This document shows, piece after piece, positions 27,251 to 39,260 of a stretch of DNA of 64,000 nt. Numbering within the stretch: the stretch's first letter is position 1; each line of letters starts with the position of its first letter. The stretch comes from Chlorokybus atmophyticus (Eukaryota > Plantae > Mesostigma and Chlorokybus algae). The translations under genes and the position numbers were made by a program. The notes beneath the pieces were generated by a model, which was given only the letters and a program-made list of their open reading frames with translations, ran no database searches and was not told the origin of the DNA. The stretch spans positions 518,074 through 582,073 of the forward strand of contig RHPI01000277.1 of the NCBI GenBank assembly GCA_009103225.1. The letters run 5' to 3'.

Positions 27251-30200
27251 ATGGATCCGCTTGGAGAGCTGGCGGATGCCCTGGCGTCACAATCTTCACC
27301 CCCATGGGAACATGTGAAGGTGCTATTAGATGCATGCCCAGACCCGTCTGTGGGCTCAGCGAAAAGTAAAGACCCTACTCGCAGCCATGAGGTGCGGCTT
27401 TGATGCATGCTACATGGATGCATTGTTTCTTGTCTAGCAACAATCTTGCAAGTTCGCCCAACACTATGACTTACGCTGATACTCACAATGAGTGCATGAC
27501 AATGCAGCTCCAACCGTCACAGCTACAGGCGCTACTAGCGCTTGCCGACTTTCTCGTCAAGACTAGCGGCCAGTACAAGGACAAATTGCTCCCTATGCTT
27601 GTGCGCCAGTTGCAAGTCCTGGCCCAGCTAAGGTCATGGCCTCAGACTGTTGACACAACCGGCTTTTTTACAACCTTTTTGCAGCTGGTTCAGTTGCTAG
27701 TGCAGAAGCTGCCGGAATTTCGGTCACAGGTTGGTGCATGAGCCATGGTCTTTTGGTTGAGCAACATCTAGCCATATTATGTGACATGTCCATGTAGTCC
27801 ATGTAGCAGAGGCACAGCTGTGCGAACACTCATGTACAAGCCCTGTTTCTCACTTACAACTCTACTTCTAGGTCAGCAAAGCGGTTCTTGAGGTGGTCTC
27901 ATCAGCAGCAGAAGACACCAACATCCAACAGGAGCGCGTTGGTTTGAAAGGTTTCATGCAGGGCCTAGCTTCTTGTATGCCACAGGTACGTGCTTGCATG
28001 CATAAAGGTACCTTTAAGCACTGCTTGCCCACCACAGTGGCTTGCATTTGCCAGGTCATGCCTGATGATGCAGAACACATGGCAAGTGTAATGTGCCGCT
28101 CCTGGCTCAGCAACCCTGCCAGTGTAAAGACAGCTGACAGCAATGGCAGTGAAGGGTCCTCACAGGTACAACTACATACTCCTTGCTGCCTGTACTCACT
28201 TGCTATGTTTGCAAAACTCGGCCGCATTTCAGCAATCCAGTGTAATGCAAACCTTCTGCTGCAGGGGTTGGGTCCAGTTGATCCAGAAACATCTTCCATG
28301 CTGCAATGGAAAACGATGGCTTTCTTCATCTACGACAAAATGCTAGATCCAGCAGGAGACATGCTGCGGACCCCGCGCGACGTGGATGCCACCTCACATG
28401 TGGATGTTGTCTTTGAGGCTGCAACAGCTCAGCTGCGAGCGCTGCTGTCCCTTTGCAAGGTGTGTTGTTGTCACATTGCTGCGCACCAACCTATAGCGTT
28501 GCAACACCCAGTGGACGTTGTTGTTTGCTTCATACCTGCACCACACCCCGACTGGCATGGTTTGCGTTGATGACTGGAAAATCATGATGATGTGGCGAGA
28601 GCTGCCAGTTGGGGTATACTATGCATGCAGGCACACAAGCATGTGTTCCACAGATGTCATTTACAACGAGGCATCTAGCAAGCTGCTGCTGGAATAAGCT
28701 CCTTGCCAGTTGCCTCTGCTGTGCTTATTTGCGTTGCTGAGGCATTCACAGGCAGACGTCGCAGCAAGCCATGTCCGACGAGATTCGAAATTTTTTACTT
28801 TCCCAGGGCTACAGGCATGACAACGCAGAAGACTCATCACTTTCGCCTGAAGAGTATGCATACCTTCTCTTCCCAGTGTGTGGAGCAGCGGCGCGCGCGC
28901 TGGCTACCTGTATAATACACGGGCCATCCAAGGGTCGGAGCAGAGGCGCTGCAGCACTGCTTCTAGATGTTGCAGAAGGGTAGGCATTGTCGTGACGGTG
29001 CATTAGCAACATGGCGACCGAGTTTCAATTGTAGCTCGCATCTGCAGGTGCATCATCGTGGATTGGCACCCTGTCCCAGAGTGCTGCACCATGTGCATAG
29101 GGCTGGCACGTGAGGCTGGGCGCATTGCTGACGCAGTACACCCCAAGCAGCGGTCACCGGAAGTCTTACTGCGGTATAAAGCTTTGCTGCAGGCTATCTC
29201 TCAGCCCTTGCCATCTGCATCTCAAAGGGACACCCACCAACCGCAGCCCGCATCAACAGCGCTTCGAGACGGCGTTATTGAGGCCATGAGTCAACTGCTT
29301 CATGGAGGCTGGCAAAAGGGTTTTGAGGACGCCGTGGGAGCCTCCGTGTTTTCCATTGCGGGTTATCTAACCCCTGATCTTGGCATGGGGCTGGACCAAC
29401 AGGAGGAGCTTGCTGCATTGTCAATGCAGGAAACAGCCAGCCTGGTGTTGCAACGCGCAGTGTTGTCTGTCAATGATCAGCGCATCACAAAGATGGTGTT
29501 ACAGACGTTCCTGGAGCGCCTGGGTCTATCGTCGGATCAGGATACGCGCTTTCGCTGCCTTGAGGCTATCACCGGCATTGCATGTCTTGGACAAGACGTT
29601 GCATACGAGAATGTCGCGCCTTTACTGACGAACATGTTTGTCGATCCGCTGATGGCCTCTGGAACATTCTCGCCCACAGCTCTTCAGAACAAAGTCCCTG
29701 GACAACTGCAGCGCTTGGCACGCAGCCTGCAACCCAAGCAACTTCGTCTTGACTTTCGAGATCGGTTACTGCAGCTGTTTGCAAGGGTACAGCCCCAAGC
29801 AGTAACGGTTGCATGTGCACCAAATGCATTGGTCTCATATCTGTCTGCCCTCTGCACTGAGTGTCATGTGGCTTACCACACAGGCCGCGCGCTTGACACT
29901 GCAGAGGGCTGAGCAACCTGATTTCAACAAGGCTGTTGTTTATCTGGGGAGTCTACTGCCTGCCATCAGTAGCGCCTGTGTCCACCTTGCTCCTATGCGC
30001 TTTGACTTATCACCTGAGCAGTCCAAATCCTTCCGCAACCTGTGGTTTTTCATCGCCGTTTTTGGGCTTGCGCCTGGCGGTCCACGAGCGGCTTATGTTG
30101 ACGCCATCCGTGAGTTGGCGCAACTGACTCCTCCTTTGGAACCAGCGCAGTCTCACAAACACTTGGAGGTGGATTCTGAGTTGAATGAGATGCTGCGCTT

Positions 30201-33200
30201 AACAGACGCTGGCGTTCTGAAGGTAAAGGCTGTTGTACAACCGGCAGCTATTATCAAATCGTTGGCTCACGCTTTTACATGCATGCTGCTTGTATGCAGA
30301 CCATGAAGCCACCCAAGGATGCTCTTGCGCGCTTTCTCGGAGGTGCCGTTGATGCGGCTACGCTGTCCAGTTTATCAGATGGCAAGCTCACTTTCTTGCT
30401 GGCCGTTGCACATCTGGAAGTCCTTCGGCTCAGCTATAGTGGCGGACATCGCAACGACTCCCTGGCTTGTGCAATGTCATACCTGGAGGTGCCTCGTGTT
30501 GGACTGAACGCCGAGACAATACGAGCTCTGCAAGTCGAGGAGCGTTGTTACAGCACAATTGTAGAGCGAGCTTTCTCTGCGGCAATCGCATCATTGGCCA
30601 ACACAGGGAATGGCATTGTGGAACGAGAAGCTGCATTAGAGTCGCACGCACTGTTTCTGCTTCAAGCTGCTGCACACAGGTTGCCACGCATACGTGAGCT
30701 GAGTAACGCATTCCTACGGGGCATGACCAGTCGCTTTCCACAGGTGTGTATATTTCTGTACATATATATGTTAGTCAATGTTGCCATGTTGGCACACGGT
30801 TGCAGCAAAGACTAACAATTAATGCTGGCCGCAGATTGTGTGGATGCCGAGATGCATGGACATGATGCTCCTGCTGGCGGGATCCATAGGTTATGTCAGC
30901 CTCAGTCCCTTGGGAACAGGAAGTGGTGCGCAACTGAAGCGCGCTTCCATGGGAGCAGATTCTGAAGGTGTCCGTTTTGCTGTGGGTGCAACGCTGCATT
31001 TCTGGCTTAGTCAGGCAGCGTCCTTGGCACCTATCACTACACAAGCGTTGATACAAGACCACTTCCGAAGGTATTTCAAAGGCGTACTCGTAGAGTAGTC
31101 CTCCGCCGTAGCAATATGACCATGCATGTAGTGATCAAGTGCGGTTGTGCTGCAGGCATGGTGGTGTGGATGTTGGCTTTGTGGCAGATGTTGTCAGGGT
31201 GTTGACGCACACGCCATCTCCAAGCGTTTTGTCTCTTCCTGGAGGACGCACTGCGGCAGAGAGCTTGAGTGTTGCTAGTTTGTCCGGGCAAGCGATCCCC
31301 GCTGAGCGTCCTACACCTCTCACTATGTTCACCACAGCGTTAAACCTCAAGTCGCGCGCAATTGGAGAGATTCAAGGTACATGCAAGTGCTGAACTACAT
31401 TGCGACCGGGAAGAGGGGGTTCCCCATGCACCCCCACGTGTCCTCAATCTCTGTCTTGCTTCGCAGGAATGAAAGAGTTTGGATTTGCCATCGCACCATC
31501 CTTTGTACAGCGTTTTGCTGGACGAATGACAAATGGAGACGCTGGCAGGGAAGTTGACAAACCAGTGGAATTCTACACCCTTGAAGTGCAACACATGATT
31601 ATGGGGCGCTTCACGCACCTGTTGCGAGAGTTCATTATGACAAGAGAAAAGTCTGGTCAAATTGACGAAAAAGCATTCAGTGACGTATGCCTCCGCGCAG
31701 CGGCATTGTTGATTACTTCACAAGAGAGTGAAGTAAAAGCTGAGCCATGTGCGCAGCTTCTGCGATTGCTTTGCTGGTGTCCGGCATACATCTTTGCACC
31801 ACATGCAGTACGGACTGGTGTATTTGTCTGGAGTTGGCTGCTCGCAGCTGCGCCGCACTTGGCAACCGCTCTGATGGCGGAAGTCACCGATGCATGGTTG
31901 TGGACTGTTGACCAGCGCACTGGACTTTTCTGCAGCAAGCCTGATGCAGATGGCCCTGTGGACCAGTTGCGCCCAAAGATTTGCCCTGGATATGCAAGTG
32001 GAGCCAGTGCAGGCACCAGAGAGGATTATGTTGAGCGGATTGCTGCCCATCGTTTGTGGTTAGGCTTCTTAACAGACCGTTTTGAGGCACGTTGGCTGCT
32101 GTTGCCGCAATGCATGTTGGTCTTGCTGCACCTCAATTTGGCTGCAGCTTATAGCATTGGTTGCTGTTTATGACATTAGCATGATGCGGCAGGTTGTGCG
32201 GCATAGCAGCCCCAACGAAGTTGCGCTGTTCTACAGGTTGCTAGTGTGCACATTGCACCCAAGCAACCACATCACGCCTCACCCTGCAGCGTGCGGTTCG
32301 GTGTTTCGCTTGCTGAATCTGGCACTCCGATTCAGCCACGATGGTGTGGCTTCGGGTATCACGCTACCTGGCGGTCGGCGCGCGGCTACGCTGCTGCGAG
32401 ATCGGGCACACAGGTATCAGCTGCGCTGCTTACGCGTGATCAACAGCTGCTTACCCAGCAAGATTAAGAATGCCAACTAACAAAACACCTTTGCACACGT
32501 CTGCAGGGTTGGTTTGGATTGGTTCACTGTCGCTCCTGGCTTCTTTGAGGTGCAGGATGTGCAAGTTGCAGCAGAAGAAGCTCTATCCATGGAGAGGTTT
32601 CTGCAGTGCCTGGCAGAAGACGAACGCCTGCTACGCAAAGCCAGCATCGATGACTTGCAGCTCATGTCCAAGACACACCCTGAGTAAGCATCCGAGGCTC
32701 ACAACTGCATTGACTTTGACATGCCATCTAAAAACTGACACAATGCATCATGCAGTGCATATGCGGTCTCCCCAACAAGCCCAGTTCTGCCTTTTCTATC
32801 TTCAACCCCCAAACCAGACCCCGCTCGGGTTGTAGCTGCGCATGCCGTTGTGGCACTCAGCGATGTTGATAGTCCTGGAGCTCGTCACATGCGTGGGTCA
32901 TTGCTTACATTGCTTTGCCGTCACGAGGCAGAACGTCTCAACACATGGGCAGACCCTCGCGGTGAGGATGTGGGCATTAGTGCTTTGAAGGTGAGATTGC
33001 GAATGGCAGCAAATTGGAAGCTCTGTTATGTGTATGACATAGGTTGTGCGTAGCTAACGCGAACGCCAGCAAAGGACGACTACATCAAACCAGAACAATG
33101 GGTCGTTTACGTGCGGACTGCGTGGTCTGTAGACCCAAGGATAGCAGTACACATGTGCGCACGCTGGCCAGAGTGCAAGGTGCGCTAGCACAATGATAGC

Positions 33201-35537
33201 CTGCACGACTGAACACGATCAGTAGTTGGGCATTGTGCTTGCTGGTCTCACTTTGTTATCTGCCACAGCCGTTGCTGAGTGAGGTGATGGCGCTTGTGAA
33301 GACCAATGCGGTTGCCATTCACCACATACCAGAAGCTGTACCTTTCCTTGTGGACAAGGAGGCTGCTGCCAGCGATGCTGCTGTCCTCAACCAGTTGGTG
33401 TATTGGGCGCCATGTTCCATAACAATGGCCATGCAGTTCTTGGGGCCCAGCTTCTCATCGCAGCCGCGAGTCATGTCTTACGTTTTGCAAGTGCTAAACA
33501 GCTACCCGCCAGATGAGGTCACCTTTTTTATGCCGCAGTTGGTGCAGGTACTTTAACTGAATTGACAGCGCCATGCATACAGTGCCTTGGGGTTCTGTCA
33601 CCGCAACACACAAGATGATGGCCGTCGGCAATGCTGCTGACACAATTGGCCTCCACCTACTATGTTGATGAGTTTGTTACAGACCAGTGGTTTCATGCAG
33701 GCACTGCGCTATGACAAGGCTGGCCTGATTGAGGACTACCTAGTGAAGGCAGCTATGCGAAGCAACCTGTTTGCGCACCAGTTTATCTGGGCGCTGCAAG
33801 CCGAAGAGCCGGCACCTGAGCACAAGGATGAAGCATTGCGAGCGCCTTCTGTGCATGGCAGAAGCAAAGGCGTTGCAAACCCGCTGAACACCATCGTCCT
33901 CAAGTGCAAGCAAAGGGTTATTGATAGTTTCTCTAATGAGCAGCGCGCTGCGTTTGAAAGGGAGTTTGCCTTTTTTGATGCGGTGACATCCATCTCGGGC
34001 ATCTTGAAACCCCTCAGTCCAGATGAGCGCAGGGCAGCCATTGCACGGTATACACGGATGTTGATGCTGTATGCGTACTGGTGGTGTGCTTCCTTGGGAT
34101 ACAAACTCTATACACAATTGCCACCTCAGTGTTTTTTTCTTGACGAGCCAACTGTCCCTGTGCTCAGGGAATTGAGGAAAATTCCAGTTACTGGTACCGA
34201 TCTTTACCTGCCTACATCACCGGACATGCAGGTAACTTGTGCTCCACTGCTGTGAGATATGCAGCAACCGGTGTCTTTGCATACTTGACCTTCATGTGCA
34301 TTGTGTGCCTCGCGTTGTGCTGCAAAGTCGGTGATGTTTCTTCTCTTTCCGCTCAGGTGGTCAGCGTAGAAGAGGAAAGCGGCATACCCTTGCAAAGTGC
34401 CGCCAAGGTCCCCATCATGGTGACATTTGACGTCAGGTCCAGCGTGGCACCGGAGAAGGTGGTTCCCCAGGGGTGCATCTTCAAGGTCGGCGACGATTGC
34501 CGGCAGGACCTGTTGGCGCTGCAGATGATCTCCATTTTCCAGAATATCTTCTCGGCAGTTGGCCTTGAGTTGTATCTGTACCCTTACGGCGTGCTGCCCA
34601 CGGGATACGAGCGCGGCATCATTGAGGTATAGCTGAATCTACCTTGCATTGGAGTGCTGGAATCAGATAGTGGGAACTGCTTGGGTGACGTTGCAATGTG
34701 CACGTGTTACTTGCAAGAGGCATTGTATAGAGGCTGCAATGTACCCAGGTGGTGCCCAACTCACGAAGCAGGAACCAGCTGGGTGAGCAGTTTGACGGGG
34801 GGCTATACGAAATCTTCCAGGCGGAGTTTGGTGCGGTTGGGTCGCCCTCATTTGAAGCTGCGCGACACAACTTCATCGTGAGCTGCGCCGGTTACGCCGT
34901 CGCAAGTCTCATCATTCAGCCAAAAGACCGGCACAATGGCAACCTGCTTATTGACACGCAAGGGCATCTGGTGCACATCGACTTCGGGTTCATTTTGGAA
35001 ATCTCTCCTGGAGGCAACATGCGCTTTGAAAGTGCGGACTTCAAGCTGTCATATGAAATGTCGCAACTCATCGATCCGGGAGGCAGCATGAAGAGTGAAG
35101 AGTACAAGTACTTCTTGAGGTGCGCCTTGTGTTAGTTGCCTGCATCACTGTCATGCATGCTGTAGCGTGTGAATGGGCTGACCATGGGTCTGCGCAAATG
35201 TATCTTTGTCATCATGCAACTTTCTTGGCATGCACAATCTCAATTTGTTGTCTGTCCATCATCTTGTGCGCTACGCAGCCTGTGCATCAAGGGCTATTTG
35301 GCGCTGCGGCAGCATGCGGACGCAATCCTGAGCATGGTGAGCATGATGGTGGAAAGCGGGCTGCCGTGCTTCGGGCATGGTCACCCGCTCGAGAACCTCA
35401 AGAAGCGGTTCCACCTGGAGCTCAGCGAGCGCAAGGCCGCCATGCTCATGGCGGACGTCTGTCGCGCCTCGTACAATAAGTGGACCACCGCCGGATACGA
35501 TCTCATTCAGTATCTGCAGCAGGGCATCACCCATTGA
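27251..35537 (+). CDS. PI4KA: Phosphatidylinositol 4-kinase alpha (type III alpha), multi-exon
   Basis: N-terminus MDPLGELADAL; FRNLWF; helical domain (LVYWAP...FFMPQLVQ|ALRYD); kinase motifs PLQSAAKVP, FKVGDDCRQD, QPKDRHNGN, HIDFGF; C-terminus YDLIQYLQQGITH*. Confidence 0.95.
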
Positions 35538-36804
35538 GTGAGCACTGCACGCAATCGTGATGAGTAGGACGTGGTGTTTGTGTGTAGTATTATGTGATAA
35601 TTGGACAACAACTAGTGGTTCTGGCGAGTGCAACTTGCATTGTTGCAGCCTGCATGGTTGGCATTTCAATACATTTTACATGAATGAATATATCTGACGT
35701 GGTCTGAGGGTTGCATAGTCAATGTTGGTCCACATGTTACTGTTTGTGGACTCTACATTGCAAAGGATTCCACTTCGCATTCACAAACTTGATTGTGTGC
35801 AGTGTGATACATGGGTGTGGTATGATTTCCTTTCCAATACATGGGGAGCAGTGCAATGCCCGTGTCGTTGAAGTCAAGAGCACATGGCCGCAGCAACTCA
35901 GGGAGTTTTTGCCGTGCTTGCCATGGTCTACGGCCTTTGTACGGCTGACGAAACCCTAAGTATGCAGTGGCAAAGGCAGCTGCGACAACAGCTGTCATGG
36001 TGGCGGAGGTTGGGAGCGGTGGCGGGGGAAGTCTGCTGGTCGTGGTGGTCATCAACGTGGTCCTACTCAAGGCTGACTCTACTGGCGATGTGGCAGGTAA
36101 TGCATGCTTGCAGACTGACAGGGTTGGGCAGTAAATTAGTGAAGTAGTAGGTAGTGTGCACCTAGCCCGGTGGTCGTGATAGAGGTGAGTGTGGTTGTGG
36201 TTGTGAGGTGTCTATGCATGTGTCGTGCATGTTGCATACATCACGTGCATATTCTGTGCACTATGCTTGCGCTGCAGCATATGCCCGAATTTTGCTGCTC
36301 ACCTCTCCTTTTCCTCTGCATGCGCTTAGCACGCATTTGCACACACATAGCTTGGTAGCCCATGTAGATCAGTGCGGTGGTACTGTTGGTGGTGGTGAAA
36401 TGCATGTTGTGATTGCAACATCAAGTGCCATGTAGTTATCTATCCATCAATCTGTACCGTATGCATTGCAATTCATCAACCAAGCCAAGGTCCAAGTTGT
36501 TGACAATGAATTGTGTGGCTCATGGTTAACACCATGTCTTTTAAATTACGACGAAGTAGACGGTTGTACCGATATTAGAAGCACTATAGTAGTGCTCAAT
36601 GAACAATTGGTTGTAATACACGCATCATAACGTAATGCACATGATATTGCGGTTTTCATCACAGTGAAACATTGTCAACTATACAAGGTTTGCGTGTTAT
36701 TTTGTTATTACAAATTTTTGTTTCAATCAGTGCACGGTATGGTAAACGCACGGTTGATTGGCCGTTAAATTCACATCATATCGTATTGACTTCGATTGAG
36801 CCCC

Positions 36805-37148
36805 NNNNNNNNNNNNNNNNNNNNNNNNNNNNNNNNNNNNNNNNNNNNNNNNNNNNNNNNNNNNNNNNNNNNNNNNNNNNNNNNNNNNNNNNNNNNNNNN
36901 NNNNNNNNNNNNNNNNNNNNNNNNNNNNNNNNNNNNNNNNNNNNNNNNNNNNNNNNNNNNNNNNNNNNNNNNNNNNNNNNNNNNNNNNNNNNNNNNNNNN
37001 NNNNNNNNNNNNNNNNNNNNNNNNNNNNNNNNNNNNNNNNNNNNNNNNNNNNNNNNNNNNNNNNNNNNNNNNNNNNNNNNNNNNNNNNNNNNNNNNNNNN
37101 NNNNNNNNNNNNNNNNNNNNNNNNNNNNNNNNNNNNNNNNNNNNNNNN
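36805..37148. other. Assembly gap (N run)
   Basis: Run of n. Confidence 1.
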
Positions 37149-37412
37149 CCCCTCCCACCCCACCCATCTGTATTCAACACCCTCCCTCCTCTATGTTAAA
37201 TGGAAAACACCAGCGCTTATTACATATGGGTTGAGGGTTTTGTGCAACGAGCGGGGGGGGGGGGGGCATAAGGTGCAAATGTGCAAGAATCCATGCATTT
37301 ACGTTGAATTAAGCCATTGAATCCCCAATTAACCAATCATGTGAACCATTAACTTAAATTGAGGGGCATAACTTTCAACTTCACCTACTCCACTACATTA
37401 CTGCAGGGGAGG

Positions 37413-37652
37413 TGTCGGGTCGAGGAGAGTCGAGGGTCACACTGTCTCGGGCCGCTGCAGGAATAGACATGCTTGCTAGCCCTGTCGCTGCAACATGTTA
37501 TAATATGTAGCAACAGTAAAAGATAACCCAGCTCGTATGGTGAGGAGTGCTTGGTGGAGCTGCTCCGTTGCCGCTGAGTCACACGGACATGTGGAGGCGG
37601 TGTCCTTCTTGGTGTACATGCTTTGCTGTAGGACACATAGTCAACAAGCCAC
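37413..37652. repeat. Terminal repeat unit B2 (~240 bp; copy at 38251-38491)
   Basis: Direct repeat of 38251-38491, roughly 90% identical by eye. Confidence 0.9.
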
Positions 37653-38248
37653 TACAATAGGTAGTGCTGTTTATACAGTTTTTTGAGCAGAAAATGTGTT
37701 ACACTGTTAAGTGAGGTGAATGAGCAAGCAACACGTGGATACTATGCCTTGACTGATGCCAACAAACACACTGCAACCAGGCACACCCAGCTCACAGCGA
37801 TGACAAGCACGATGCACACACGAGCATGCACAGGCTCTCACACAGTGAGGGGGTTCCTGGTAACCGGGATGGCGTATTCGCAGTTCAGTCACAAGTCGTT
37901 TCACAAGCTCTTAGCTTTTTTACTCACAATGTCACTAGCTGATCCGGTGAACACTGTGACTACTTATACAAGTCAAATCATAACTGTTTAGAACATAAGC
38001 TAACGGTCATATCGAGGCTATTTCCACCACCAATTGTCACTCTCAATATAGAACACAACTTATAACTAAACTCACAGCTGAACAGCTACGCGCGGTGCTT
38101 AGGTAGGCTATGGTCGTGAGCTACGCTGGGGTCATAACCTAGCTAGTAGTCAGTGACGCGCGCGCGATGGTATGCTGGTAGGCCGGGCGATGGTTTTGAT
38201 GTAGCCATGCTCGATGAAGACTGGTATGCGTGGGCAGTAGACATGACA
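37639..38248. repeat. Terminal repeat unit A2 (~610 bp; copy at 55029-55714)
   Basis: Direct repeat of 55029-55714, roughly 85-90% identical by eye. It overlaps B2 by ~14 bp (agtcaacaagccac). Confidence 0.9.
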
Positions 38249-38250
38249 GC

Positions 38251-38491
38251 TGTTGGGTCGAGGAGAGTCGAGGGTCACACTGTCTCGGGCCGCTGCATGA
38301 AGAGACATGCTTGCTAGCCCTGTCGCTGCAACATGTTATAACATGTAGCAACAGTAAAAGATAACCCAGCTCGTATGGCGAGGAGTGCTTGGTGGAGCTG
38401 CTCCGCTGCCGCTGAGTCACACGGACATGTGGAGGCGCTGTCCTCCTTAGTGTACATGTTGTGCTGTAGAACACATAGCATAACAAGCCAC
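38251..38491. repeat. Terminal repeat unit B1, immediately after a PPT-like G7 on the - strand
   Basis: Copy of 37413-37652; C7 at 38491-38497 is the purine tract on the element strand. Confidence 0.9.
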
Positions 38492-38559
38492 CCCCCCTGA
38501 GCTTCTGGGGAAGTTCCAGCTCCAGAGCTCAGCTGTTAACGCAGGTGAGGAGGACCGTT

Positions 38560-38705
38560 GGTGCGGCAATTGTCGCACCAGTACTCCTCCATGGGTATTG
38601 CGTCCAATGGGGGCTCCAGACAGTAGCAATGCAGGTCCTTGTTGCAGCCATTGCAAAGCATCATGAGTGCGTCGTCGCCGGCACTGACGCAGCATTCACA
38701 GCGTG
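38560..38705 (-). pseudogene. PHD finger at the end of the outer element's pol
   Basis: RCECCVSAGDDALMMLCNGCNKDLHCYCLEPPLDAIPMEEYWCDNC fits the C4HC3 pattern. Confidence 0.85.
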
Positions 38706-38804
38706 TGCTGCGGGGCGAGGGTGCTGGATGCGCGTGAAGCCCACTATGTAAGGAAGGTGACATGGCGCGCAGTTCACCATGTTGTCTTTCAACCTCTCGC
38801 CATT

Positions 38805-39260
38805 TTAACCAAGGAGGTCCAGCACTCCTGTGGGGTACACCTTGAGTACCTTGTGGACGGTGCGGCCCACGGAGGTGTCGAGCGTGTCTTGAGTGGCCGT
38901 CATGCGATAGGCAAAGTCCCCTGCTTGAAACCGCCGTTGACGCTCCTTGTAGAAGCCGCTCCGCACGCGCTCGTAACGCAGGGTGTCGCGGTGATGTGCG
39001 ATGCGCAGGTTGTTGAAGGCCATTGGGACGGTGTGCTCGAACAGCGTGGCGCGTGTGGTGATGTCGTGGTGCATCCAATCAGGATCGTCGAGGTTGTTTA
39101 CCACACGGTCTACTTCCTGCTGTGCACGAAAGGGAAGCAACGGCGGACGCCCAAACAGCAGGTAGTATGGGCTGTACTCGCGCAGAGCCGCCAGCTTTTA
39201 CTTGTCGGGGTGCACTGTCATCCCCACCCCCTTGAGTCTTTCCAGCACTTCCTCGATGTG
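38805..39260 (-). pseudogene. RT end fused to the integrase C-terminal tail (RNase H and integrase core deleted)
   Basis: HIEEVLERLKGWG(fs)MTVHPDK is joined directly to LAALREYSPYYLLFGRPP...NLRIAHHRDTLRY...FQAGDF. Confidence 0.7.

Noticed and set aside
35753-36070. - strand 105-aa ORF with a Kozak-like gccaccATG
   Set aside because: No homology is recognisable and the + strand leader reading is equally plausible.
37413-38248. Reading A2+B2 as an ordinary 3' LTR of a canonical element
   Set aside because: No PPT precedes it (the G7 precedes B1) and the other end has only A1. It is kept as an alternative in the findings rather than as a feature call.
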